DNA of 64,000 bases from an uncultured bacterium (GTDB taxonomy: Bacteria; Vulcanimicrobiota; Vulcanimicrobiia; Vulcanimicrobiales; Vulcanimicrobiaceae): positions 70,664 to 134,663 of the forward strand of contig CAZJLJ010000001.1 of the NCBI GenBank assembly GCA_964546935.1. Reading direction: 5' to 3'. The notes below the pieces were generated by a model that was not told the DNA's origin, searched no databases, and saw only the letters and a program-made list of their open reading frames with translations. A program made the position numbers and the translations under genes. Below are positions 56,619 to 64,000 of this stretch, piece after piece (position 1 is the first letter of the stretch; every line of letters starts with the position of its first letter).

Positions 56619-57485
56619 TTATACCGCAACATGGGTCAGTTTATCCGGATTGCGCACGACATATAGAGCACAGATTCGATCACCGTCGTATTCGAGTGCC
56701 ATTGTTTGATCCACGCCTTCGGCTGAAAACAAAACGTATCCGGGTAAATCGTTTACCGTTGCGGGCACAGCCTTAACGATGATGCCGGCGCTCTTTTTCA
56801 CAACACCCGCGAAGAAGCGCGCAATCTTGTCGCGACCGAAGATTGGGTTGATTGCCGCCAGCCGCTTTCCGCCGCCGTCGCTCGTCAAGACGGCGTCTTC
56901 CGTAAGCATTTCCATGATGTCGGTCACGTCGGCACGGTTTAACGCTTTAACGAACCGCTCTCGCAGCGCCCGCGCCTCTTTTGGCTTCGCGATGCGGCGC
57001 TGTTCGTCCGAGCGAATATGTTCGCGTGCGCGTGAAGCCAATCGCCGCACGCTTTCCTCGGAACGTTCGAGAATCGAAGCGATCTCCGCAAACGGAACGT
57101 CGAGAGCATCGTGCAGCAGAAACGCCGCACGTTCTAGCGGCGATAATCGTTCGAGCGCTAATAGGAATGCATACGACACGTCTTCTGCGATCGACACGAC
57201 ATGCTCCGGAACCGACGTCTCGTCGCTCACAATCGGTTCCGGCAGCCACGGCCCAACGTAGGTTTCGCGCGCACGCTTAGCAGCGCGAAGCCGGTCGATG
57301 GCAAGACGCGTTACCGTTGCACGCAAGTACGCCTGCGGTTCGCGGACCTTTGCGCGTTCAACGGACTCCCACCGAATAAACGCATCTTGCACCACATCTT
57401 CCGCGTCGGTCTGCGTGCCAAGCATGTGATACGCGTGGCGCAGCAACGAGGGACGGAGCGTCTCGTAGAGTGCAGCGTCCGTCAT
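56619..57485 (-). CDS. ECF sigma factor, group ECF41 (SigJ-like) with fused SnoaL-like C-terminal domain
   Basis: 288 aa from the ATG at 57485, which overlaps the upstream gene in an ATGA. Sigma regions 2 and 4 are present (DAEDVVQDAFIRW, FAEIASILERSEESVRRLASRAR), plus the C-terminal signature motifs DGGGK and NPDKL. Confidence 0.88.
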   Translation of the reverse strand: MTDAALYETLRPSLLRHAYHMLGTQTDAEDVVQDAFIRWESVERAKVREPQAYLRATVTRLAIDRLRAAKRARETYVGPWLPEPIVSDETSVPEHVVSIAEDVSYAFLLALERLSPLERAAFLLHDALDVPFAEIASILERSEESVRRLASRAREHIRSDEQRRIAKPKEARALRERFVKALNRADVTDIMEMLTEDAVLTSDGGGKRLAAINPIFGRDKIARFFAGVVKKSAGIIVKAVPATVNDLPGYVLFSAEGVDQTMALEYDGDRICALYVVRNPDKLTHVAV

Positions 57486-58051
57486 ACGAGGCTGGGCCGC
57501 GCGCGTCCCGGCGCCTCGGCAGGTTTGACGCTTAAATCGCCTACGTGCACGAGACTGCACGCGTGTCCGAATCCGAGCGCGTATTTAAACGCTGGATAGA
57601 AGAGCGATCCCGCGATTCCATATGAGAGTGAAATGACGGCGCGCTTGCCCCAACGTTCTTCGATACGTGCCCGCAGCGGTTCCGCGCCGGGATCGTGGCG
57701 AAGCGTTGCTTGCGTAAATTCAACCGTTAATGCAACATCTTCCGGAAGCGCCGCAGTATCGTTCGCAAGGACGTTGCGGATAACATCTGCCGGAACGCCG
57801 GCGCGCAATGCCATCTTGACGCCCAGTTGAAGACATGGGCCGCAGTCCCCGTGGCGCGTCGCGACGATCTTCGCAGCGAAGTACGGCGCCGGCGGGATGT
57901 CACGGCGATACGACGAGATTTTTTCCATTCCGGCCATCGGCATCAGCGCGTCGATGCCGCCGCATTCAAGGACTTCGCGCAGGTAGCCGACGTCGTACGA
58001 CCACTCTTTCTCGAAGCGGTCGAGCTTACGTCGAGCAAACATATCCAGCAT
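57482..58051 (-). CDS. carboxymuconolactone-decarboxylase/AhpD-like protein (CxxC)
   Basis: 189 aa from the ATG at 58051 with a GAAGGAG RBS. It has an all-helical pattern with HGDCGPC. Its position directly upstream of an ECF41 sigma factor is typical. Confidence 0.55.
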   Translation of the reverse strand: MLDMFARRKLDRFEKEWSYDVGYLREVLECGGIDALMPMAGMEKISSYRRDIPPAPYFAAKIVATRHGDCGPCLQLGVKMALRAGVPADVIRNVLANDTAALPEDVALTVEFTQATLRHDPGAEPLRARIEERWGKRAVISLSYGIAGSLFYPAFKYALGFGHACSLVHVGDLSVKPAEAPGRARPSLV

Positions 58052-58074
58052 CGGCAGTTCTCCTTCGCCACCTG

Positions 58075-58101
58075 GACGACGCCCGGGTCTCAAACGTGAC
58101 G
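58075..58101 (-). promoter_or_regulatory. ECF41-type promoter upstream of the CMD-sigma operon
   Basis: Minus strand reads cGTCACG (58101..58095), 16 nt, then CGTC (58078..58075), 23 nt before the ATG. The published ECF41 consensus, as I recall it, is TGTCACA-N16-CGTC. Confidence 0.5.
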
Positions 58102-58106
58102 CGAAG

Positions 58107-59039
58107 CTACATTTTGTAGCTGTGGAGGCCGCTGATCCAGATGTTCACGCCGAGGTACGTGAAGATGACGAGGGCGAAACCGCCGACGCTGACCCAGTTC
58201 GTGCGCAGTCCGCGCCACGCGTTGCGCGTGTGTAGATGCATGTACGCGAGGTACAGAATCCACGTGCACAGGGCGGCCGTTTCTTTGGGATCCCATTGCC
58301 AGTACGCGCCCCAGGCTTCTTTTGCCCAGGCCGCGCCGGTGATGATTCCGATCGAGATGAGCGGCAGGCCGATGGCGACCGCCCGATAGACGATGACGTC
58401 TAATTGCGCGAGCGATGGTAACGTCGATAGCCATTGCGCTACCGGATTTCCCGCTGCGGCCGCCGCTTCGAGCGACGGCGTATCGCCGCTCACGCGCATC
58501 GTCATGCCGGTTCCGGCAAACTCAACGTTACCGGCCGTTGCAAGCCGCGCTTCGGCGTAATATTTGATCAGATAGATCGCCGAGAAGACGAACGCGACAA
58601 GAAACGCAGCGTATGAAGAGACGACGATCGGTACGTGAATCTTCGCCCAATAGGATTGCAGCGACGGAACGGGAGGCATCGTCCCTTCATTCCACGTTAC
58701 TCCGTACGCGAGAAAAATTGCCGCAATCGCAAGCACGAATCCGCCTGCGAACCACATTTTGTACCGAACCGCGAACCCGATGAAAATCGCAACCGACATC
58801 GCGGCGAAGAGTGAGAGCGAACCGTAGAGATTTAGCAGCGGCCAAACGTGCGTAACTTCGTAGCGCACGATAAGCTGCGCGAATTGCGCGATGCATCCGA
58901 CGATCGCCAGCGGAGCACCGAGATTCTTCAACCACTCCTCGCGCGAGAAGAAGTAAACACCGAGTGCGAGCGCCCCGAAAACGTAGCACGCAATGGCTAC
59001 GATCATAAGGAGTTCGTCGGCTTGAAGATGTCCGCTCAT
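58107..59039 (-). CDS. ccsA: cytochrome c biogenesis protein CcsA/ResC (System II)
   Basis: 310 aa, polytopic, with the Trp-rich heme-handling motif WAKEAWGAYWQWDPKET. Confidence 0.9.
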   Translation of the reverse strand: MSGHLQADELLMIVAIACYVFGALALGVYFFSREEWLKNLGAPLAIVGCIAQFAQLIVRYEVTHVWPLLNLYGSLSLFAAMSVAIFIGFAVRYKMWFAGGFVLAIAAIFLAYGVTWNEGTMPPVPSLQSYWAKIHVPIVVSSYAAFLVAFVFSAIYLIKYYAEARLATAGNVEFAGTGMTMRVSGDTPSLEAAAAAGNPVAQWLSTLPSLAQLDVIVYRAVAIGLPLISIGIITGAAWAKEAWGAYWQWDPKETAALCTWILYLAYMHLHTRNAWRGLRTNWVSVGGFALVIFTYLGVNIWISGLHSYKM

Positions 59040-59040
59040 A

Positions 59041-60423
59041 CTAAAATGCCTCCGCTGGCTTGAAATCCGTTCGCGGTCCGGGTGGTTCCATCGCCCGCTT
59101 CAGCTCTTCGACGAGTTCCTGAAACTGCACCGCAAAAATATCGTACCCTTTGACCGTCGTCGCGGCGACGCCGACGCTGCACCCGGTAGCCGTCCGGTCG
59201 ACGCGCACGTACAGGCGCGCCGGTAAGAAATAAAACGAAATGATAAGGCCGGCAAGCAAAACAAGCGCGCCTATTCCGACAAGCGGAATCCCGGGATCGT
59301 ATCGGTACTGAAAACCGCTGTAGAGCAGGTATTGCTGCGGAACGACGCGCCATCCGCCGCCCAGATCGATCCAGGTGCGTAGCGGAACGAGCGCACTGCC
59401 GGCCTCGTTTCCGGCCTGCGAGACACTCAAAATAACGGCGGCATTATTCACGCGCGGGTCCGCTGACGGCATTCCGTTCTGGCGATCCACCGTCGGAACG
59501 AACCGGTCGTAACTTACCGTCGTGCGCGTGCCCGGAATATCGAACGTTTGGCCTTCTTCGAGAATGCGATCGGAAAGCTCGCCCACGCGCTTTCCGTCGT
59601 GTGTTACGTTGAAGCGCATGGCGAAACCGTAACTCGCCTGGTAGTAGAGCGTTCCATCGACGTCGATCGGGTGGTTTACGCGTACCGTCATTTGCTTGGG
59701 AACGCCGTCTTTACCCGTCACGGTGACGTGCGATACATAGTCGACCGGTTGATAAACCATGCCGCTCTTCGTGAGAATCGGCGTTATGCGATAGTTGAAG
59801 TCGTTCAGTTTGACGATCGCGTGGGTCTCGGGAATCTCCATCGACTGGCCCGTAACGATCGCCGTTTCACCGGAGAACCCGCGAGCCCAATAGAGTGTCG
59901 TACCGGCCGCAATAATCACGAAGCCCAGGTGTGCGATCAGCACTCCGCGGCGCGCCCAGTTGTGCTTGTCGGCGAACGTCCATTCCGTACCGCCGAATTC
60001 ACGTTTACGCACGCTCCAGCCGCGAGACCGAAAGAAACTCTCGACCCGCGTTGCAACATCGTTTTCGCTTCCGCGAACGCCGATCGATGCGTTCAACGGA
60101 ATCTTGTCGATCTTCACCGGGTGCAACGGCGGCAATCGCGCCGGAATCACGCGTTTGAACGTGCAGACGGTGAGCGACACCAAAATCAACCCGATAATGC
60201 CGATGTACCACGGCGAGTGATAGATGTTGTCGAAACCTAGTCGAACGATCGCGCGACCTATCGGAGCGGGATAGGTGCTCAGATACGTCGTGAGGTCTTT
60301 GCCCTGATCGACAATAACGCCGATAAGCGTGAGAATTCCCCACACGACGAAAAGCGATACGGCAAAGAGAACGTTGCCGAAGGTGCGGATGAAATCTTCG
60401 TAGGTGCTGCGCGCGTGAACCAT
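59041..60423 (-). CDS. resB: cytochrome c biogenesis protein ResB/CcsB (System II)
   Basis: 460 aa from the ATG at 60423. It has N-terminal TM helices, a large extracytoplasmic domain and a C-terminal TM helix. It lies directly upstream of ccsA. Confidence 0.85.
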   Translation of the reverse strand: MVHARSTYEDFIRTFGNVLFAVSLFVVWGILTLIGVIVDQGKDLTTYLSTYPAPIGRAIVRLGFDNIYHSPWYIGIIGLILVSLTVCTFKRVIPARLPPLHPVKIDKIPLNASIGVRGSENDVATRVESFFRSRGWSVRKREFGGTEWTFADKHNWARRGVLIAHLGFVIIAAGTTLYWARGFSGETAIVTGQSMEIPETHAIVKLNDFNYRITPILTKSGMVYQPVDYVSHVTVTGKDGVPKQMTVRVNHPIDVDGTLYYQASYGFAMRFNVTHDGKRVGELSDRILEEGQTFDIPGTRTTVSYDRFVPTVDRQNGMPSADPRVNNAAVILSVSQAGNEAGSALVPLRTWIDLGGGWRVVPQQYLLYSGFQYRYDPGIPLVGIGALVLLAGLIISFYFLPARLYVRVDRTATGCSVGVAATTVKGYDIFAVQFQELVEELKRAMEPPGPRTDFKPAEAF

Positions 60424-60436
60424 CGCCCCCACTACC

Positions 60437-61210
60437 CTAGGCCGGCCGCTCTGCGCGTCGCCACGACTTCTCAAGCAAGAAGATGACCCATAGCGACGCT
60501 TCGTACAGCACGTACATCGGCAAAGCAAGCAGCGCCATTGTCAGCGGATTGCCGTCGGGCGCCGCGATGCCGCCTGCTACGACGAACCCAAAGAGCGCGT
60601 GGCGGCGGTACTTCGCAAGCCAAGCCCCGTTTACAATGCCGAGACGTGCAAGCCCGACCAGTAAAATCGGCAGTTGGAAGATCAAGGCGAAAAGAGCGAG
60701 CAATATCAACACAAAATTTAGCGTCTCGCCCACACCGAACGTCGGCGTTGCGATCTCGTTGGTGATGCTGATCAACGCGCCAACGACGCGCGGGATCACA
60801 ATGAAATGCGCGAACGCGAGACCTAGAGCGGCTAGCACGATCGACGGGGCGATGAACGCGTAGACCATATTCCGGGTGCGCGGATGGATTGCCGGCACCA
60901 CGAACATCCACGCTTGGTAAATCAGCATCGGCAAGCCGGCGACGATTCCGGCGATTACCGAGAACTTGATCTCGGTGAAGATCACGTCGGCGGGACCGAA
61001 TGCGTGTAATTGAATCCCGTGAAAATACGCCTGAACCATCCAGCGAATCGCGAACTGCGATGGCCAAAAGACCAGCAAGGCGATCACGCCGACGGTCGCA
61101 ATTGAAATCAAAAGACGCGTACGGAGCTCCCGAAGGTGCTCCGTAAACGGCATCTCTTTTTGATCCCAGGCCGGCTCGGTTTCCAAGCTCTCCGGGATCG
61201 ACTGCGTCAT
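60437..61210 (-). CDS. tatC: twin-arginine translocase subunit TatC
   Basis: 257 aa, 6 TM, with MPFTEHLRELRTRL and the PAIHPRTR-type loop. Confidence 0.93.
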   Translation of the reverse strand: MTQSIPESLETEPAWDQKEMPFTEHLRELRTRLLISIATVGVIALLVFWPSQFAIRWMVQAYFHGIQLHAFGPADVIFTEIKFSVIAGIVAGLPMLIYQAWMFVVPAIHPRTRNMVYAFIAPSIVLAALGLAFAHFIVIPRVVGALISITNEIATPTFGVGETLNFVLILLALFALIFQLPILLVGLARLGIVNGAWLAKYRRHALFGFVVAGGIAAPDGNPLTMALLALPMYVLYEASLWVIFLLEKSWRRAERPA

Positions 61211-61221
61211 AGGGAAAAGCC

Positions 61222-61521
61222 TTACGCGCTAGGCGTGCCTTGGCCGGGTGTCGGCGGCGGAACAGGCTGCCCTGCAGCATTCCCCGTTTCAACGTTCGAC
61301 ATCACGTCGGTTTGCGCGGTGCCGGCGCGTTGGCGGGCTTCTTCGCGCGCTTTTACAGCCGCTTCGTCGGCCTCGATTTGCCCCATGACGAATTCTTTTT
61401 TCGCTTGGCCGGCGCTGCGCGCAAGCTTCGGGAGCTTGTCCGCGCCGAACAGCAGCGCGCCAACGACGAGAATGCCGATGATAATCGGTGCGTCGATGAT
61501 CGCGAGGATCGGGTGAATCAT
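61222..61521 (-). CDS. tatA: twin-arginine translocase TatA/E-family protein
   Basis: 99 aa with one TM helix followed by FGADKLPKLARSAGQAKKEF, the hinge and amphipathic helix. Confidence 0.85.
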   Translation of the reverse strand: MIHPILAIIDAPIIIGILVVGALLFGADKLPKLARSAGQAKKEFVMGQIEADEAAVKAREEARQRAGTAQTDVMSNVETGNAAGQPVPPPTPGQGTPSA

Positions 61522-61542
61522 GGTTGTTACGGTTCTCCTTAC

Positions 61543-62502
61543 TTACTCGGCGAGCAGTGAGCTCGCGAGTTTCGCCAATTCATCCTTCGCCGGAGAGGAT
61601 GCAATGGGCTTCAATGCGGCGATTGCGCGTTCGACGAAGCGAGCGATCTCGCGATTCGTCGCGTCGATTCCACCCTCGTCTGCAATCCCTTGAACTATCC
61701 CGGCGATGCCGTCGGTTGAGGCTCCACGATAAAAATGCTCGACCTCGGCACGAAATTCGGCGTTCCCGTTGGCTAGGGCGCAGATTAACGGAATCGTCAT
61801 CTTTCGCTCTGTGAGGTCGTTGCCGACCGGCTTGCCGACCGAGCGTTCGTCGGCCGTTACATCGAGCACGTCGTCCTTCATTTGGAACGCAACGCCGTAA
61901 AGATCGCCGAATTCGTGAAGCGCCTCGATTTCGCGTTTGGACCCGCCGCCCATGATCGCGCCGCACTGCGCAGACGAGGCGAAGAGCGAGGCGGTCTTCT
62001 TGCGAGCTACCTCTATATACGCGTCGAGCGGCAGATTTAGATCGCCCATGGCGCGTAATTGGAGCACCTCGCCGTCGCAAATATCGGCAAGTGTCGCCGA
62101 AAGAATGTTCGGCACCGGGTGCGGATAGCCGGCTGTAACGTTTTTGAAGATCCACGCGAAAAGATAATCGCCGGCGAGAACGCTCACGCGATTGCCGTAA
62201 TCAACGGCCGTCGCGTTTACTCCGCGGCGCGTCTGCGCGTTGTCCACTACGTCGTCGTGAATGAGCGTCGCAACATGGATTAGTTCCATGTAGGCCGCGA
62301 GATGCAGGTGATCCACCGCTTTTCCGCCGCATGCCGATGCCGCTAGAAGCGTCAGCCGCGGACGGAGCCGTTTTCCGCCGGCTGCAAGCATACGCCGGAC
62401 CGCCTCGGTAATGATTGCGTTGTCCGTCGAGAACGTTTCGCGGAAGAACGCTTCCACCAACGCGTAGAGATTCGATTCGTCGTTTTGAATTGCGTCGATC
62501 AT
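61543..62502 (-). CDS. long-chain polyprenyl diphosphate synthase (hepta/octaprenyl type)
   Basis: 319 aa with the first and second Asp-rich motifs LIHDDVVDN and QMKDDVLD, and GKRLRP. Confidence 0.9.
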   Translation of the reverse strand: MIDAIQNDESNLYALVEAFFRETFSTDNAIITEAVRRMLAAGGKRLRPRLTLLAASACGGKAVDHLHLAAYMELIHVATLIHDDVVDNAQTRRGVNATAVDYGNRVSVLAGDYLFAWIFKNVTAGYPHPVPNILSATLADICDGEVLQLRAMGDLNLPLDAYIEVARKKTASLFASSAQCGAIMGGGSKREIEALHEFGDLYGVAFQMKDDVLDVTADERSVGKPVGNDLTERKMTIPLICALANGNAEFRAEVEHFYRGASTDGIAGIVQGIADEGGIDATNREIARFVERAIAALKPIASSPAKDELAKLASSLLAE

Positions 62503-63224
62503 CGCGTCCCGTAATGAATGGCGATCGCGCCGCCCATCAAACGCGTGTAGCCCGCTTCATGGAATCCCGCACGTGTGAAACGTTGGCGCAGCTCATCGGC
62601 GTTGGGGTGATTCGTAAGCGAATTCGGCAGATACGTGTACGCCTGTTTCGATCCGCCGACGAGTCCGCCGACGATGGGCACCAATTTGTAGAAATACAGA
62701 TCGAACATGCGCTTCCACAAGCGGTTCGGCGCCTTGCTGACGTCCAGGTTTACAAAGCGCGCTCCGGGGCGTAACACGCGGTGCACTTCACGCAAAACCT
62801 GATCGATATCGACGACGTTGCGTAAACTGAAACCCATCGTCGCACCGTCGAACGTCGCGTCTTCAAAGGGAAGCCGCATTACATCGGCTTCCACGAAGTT
62901 CGCATCGCCGCGCGCTTCTTTCGGCGCTCGTGCGCGGGCGCCGTCTAGCATCGGTGCGCAGAAGTCGGCACCGGTAACGTGCAGGCTCGGATCCGTACGA
63001 AGCAAGTGAAAGACCACGTCGCCCGTTCCGCAGCAGAGGTCCAAAATCGCACCGTTGTGAGGCGCTTGAAGAATTCCGATTGCGCGTTTGCGCCAGCGTT
63101 CATCCATCCCCGCGGTCAAAACGCGATTGGCAGCGTCATAACGCGGCGCGATCTTCGCGAACATGTCGCGAACGAACGTGCCTTTATCGCCGGCCGGTGG
63201 CTGTGACATTGGGGTGGAAGCCAT
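62499..63224 (-). CDS. ubiE: demethylmenaquinone/ubiquinone methyltransferase
   Basis: 241 aa with FAKIAPRYDAANRVLT, the SAM motif LDLCCGTGD and GFSLRNV. Confidence 0.92.
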   Translation of the reverse strand: MASTPMSQPPAGDKGTFVRDMFAKIAPRYDAANRVLTAGMDERWRKRAIGILQAPHNGAILDLCCGTGDVVFHLLRTDPSLHVTGADFCAPMLDGARARAPKEARGDANFVEADVMRLPFEDATFDGATMGFSLRNVVDIDQVLREVHRVLRPGARFVNLDVSKAPNRLWKRMFDLYFYKLVPIVGGLVGGSKQAYTYLPNSLTNHPNADELRQRFTRAGFHEAGYTRLMGGAIAIHYGTR

Positions 63225-63318
63225 GGATTGCTCGATCTTTCCAAATCACTGAGGGCTTCCCCCGCTCTTGTGCGGTAGATCCCTAGATCGCGGCGACCTT
63301 TGTCGGGATAGGAGCGAG

Positions 63319-64000
63319 ATGCTTTCGCTTTCTTCAACCGACAACGTTCTCGCTGCGGTGCGTACGGCTCAGAATGTCTCGGTTCTCGCTTACACGCTTC
63401 GCCCCGGGCGGATCGAGAATGCCCTAATCGCGGCGGCACGCCGTGGAGCGCACGTTCATCTGCGGCTCGAGGGTCAACCCTATCACGATCCGGCCGGCGA
63501 GCTAGTCGCTAACAACACGCATGCGATCGATGCCCTGCGCGCCGCCGGAGCCGATGCGCAACTCGTCCACGAAGCGGGCAGCAATGCTGCGCCGTTGCAT
63601 GCAAAAGCGATCTTAGCCGACGACCAGCTCTTTCTCGACGATCGGAACTGGGCGGATGACGACGCGGAAACGATTCTGCGCGACGATTTCGCCGCAGACC
63701 AAACTGCCGTCGCGGATGCCGTTAACGGGACGGGCGACAAACCAACGCCGTTCTTTTCAATTCGCAAACGTGACGCGTTAGCTTCGGAAGCGCGGCTTGT
63801 ACATTCGGCACACGAGGACGACGACGTAATCGTGGAAAGCGAATCTTTCGGCGCGCAAAATCGCGTCTATTACGCACTCGACGATCTCGCGAAAGAGGGC
63901 ATGAAGCCGCGGCTTCTCGTCGCTGCGCAGGATTTAACGAACAACCCCCACGAGCGCGACGCCCTTCAAGCGTTGGAACGTGACGGCGTTCAAGTTCGCG
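63319..64000 (+). CDS. phospholipase D-like (HKD) domain protein; the 3' end lies outside the window
   Basis: This open-ended ORF is absent from the track. The ATG at 63319 is preceded by GGAG. The translation MLSLSSTDNVLAAV... contains the HKD motif HAKAILADD. Confidence 0.65.
   Translation, partial: MLSLSSTDNVLAAVRTAQNVSVLAYTLRPGRIENALIAAARRGAHVHLRLEGQPYHDPAGELVANNTHAIDALRAAGADAQLVHEAGSNAAPLHAKAILADDQLFLDDRNWADDDAETILRDDFAADQTAVADAVNGTGDKPTPFFSIRKRDALASEARLVHSAHEDDDVIVESESFGAQNRVYYALDDLAKEGMKPRLLVAAQDLTNNPHERDALQALERDGVQVR

Overview
This is a gene-dense segment of bacterial chromosome, about 65 CDS and over 90% coding. GC is moderately high, roughly 58-60% judged by eye (not computed). I found no rRNA, tRNA, CRISPR array, transposase, integrase or prophage remnant, so it reads as core genome rather than an accessory island.

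Main blocks, in order:
- Split transketolase and rpsO.
- A small ArsR-RidA operon divergent from a threonine dehydratase-SDR pair.
- A nicotinate phosphoribosyltransferase translationally coupled to a degenerate ABC-ATPase-like protein and a 6-TM protein.
- PolX, an alpha/beta hydrolase and a GAF-PAS histidine kinase.
- A five-gene formate operon: OFA-type MFS transporter, selenocysteine FdnG-like alpha subunit, FeS beta subunit, NrfD-type membrane subunit and FdhD.
- ChrA, IlvE and a BMP-type nucleoside ABC importer.
- Arginase.
- A tetrapyrrole operon (sirC-hemC fusion, hemB, mobA, hemL, rex, hemA, cobA-hemD fusion).
- A GT39 glycosyltransferase, PadR and an orphan RND pump.
- A respiratory supercluster: Rieske protein, fused cytochrome b6/subunit IV/c, an ECF41 sigma module, CcsA/ResB, TatC/TatA, a polyprenyl synthase and UbiE/MenG.

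The most notable points:
- An in-frame UGA with a SECIS-like hairpin that the ORF track reads as a split gene.
- The absence of any Tat signal on an otherwise periplasmic-type formate dehydrogenase.
- The NAPRT / dead-ABC / permease triplet.
- Two copies of an ECF41-type promoter motif.
- Several unusual domain fusions.

I could not identify an unequivocally novel multi-gene system. All function calls come from by-eye motif recognition, with no database search.
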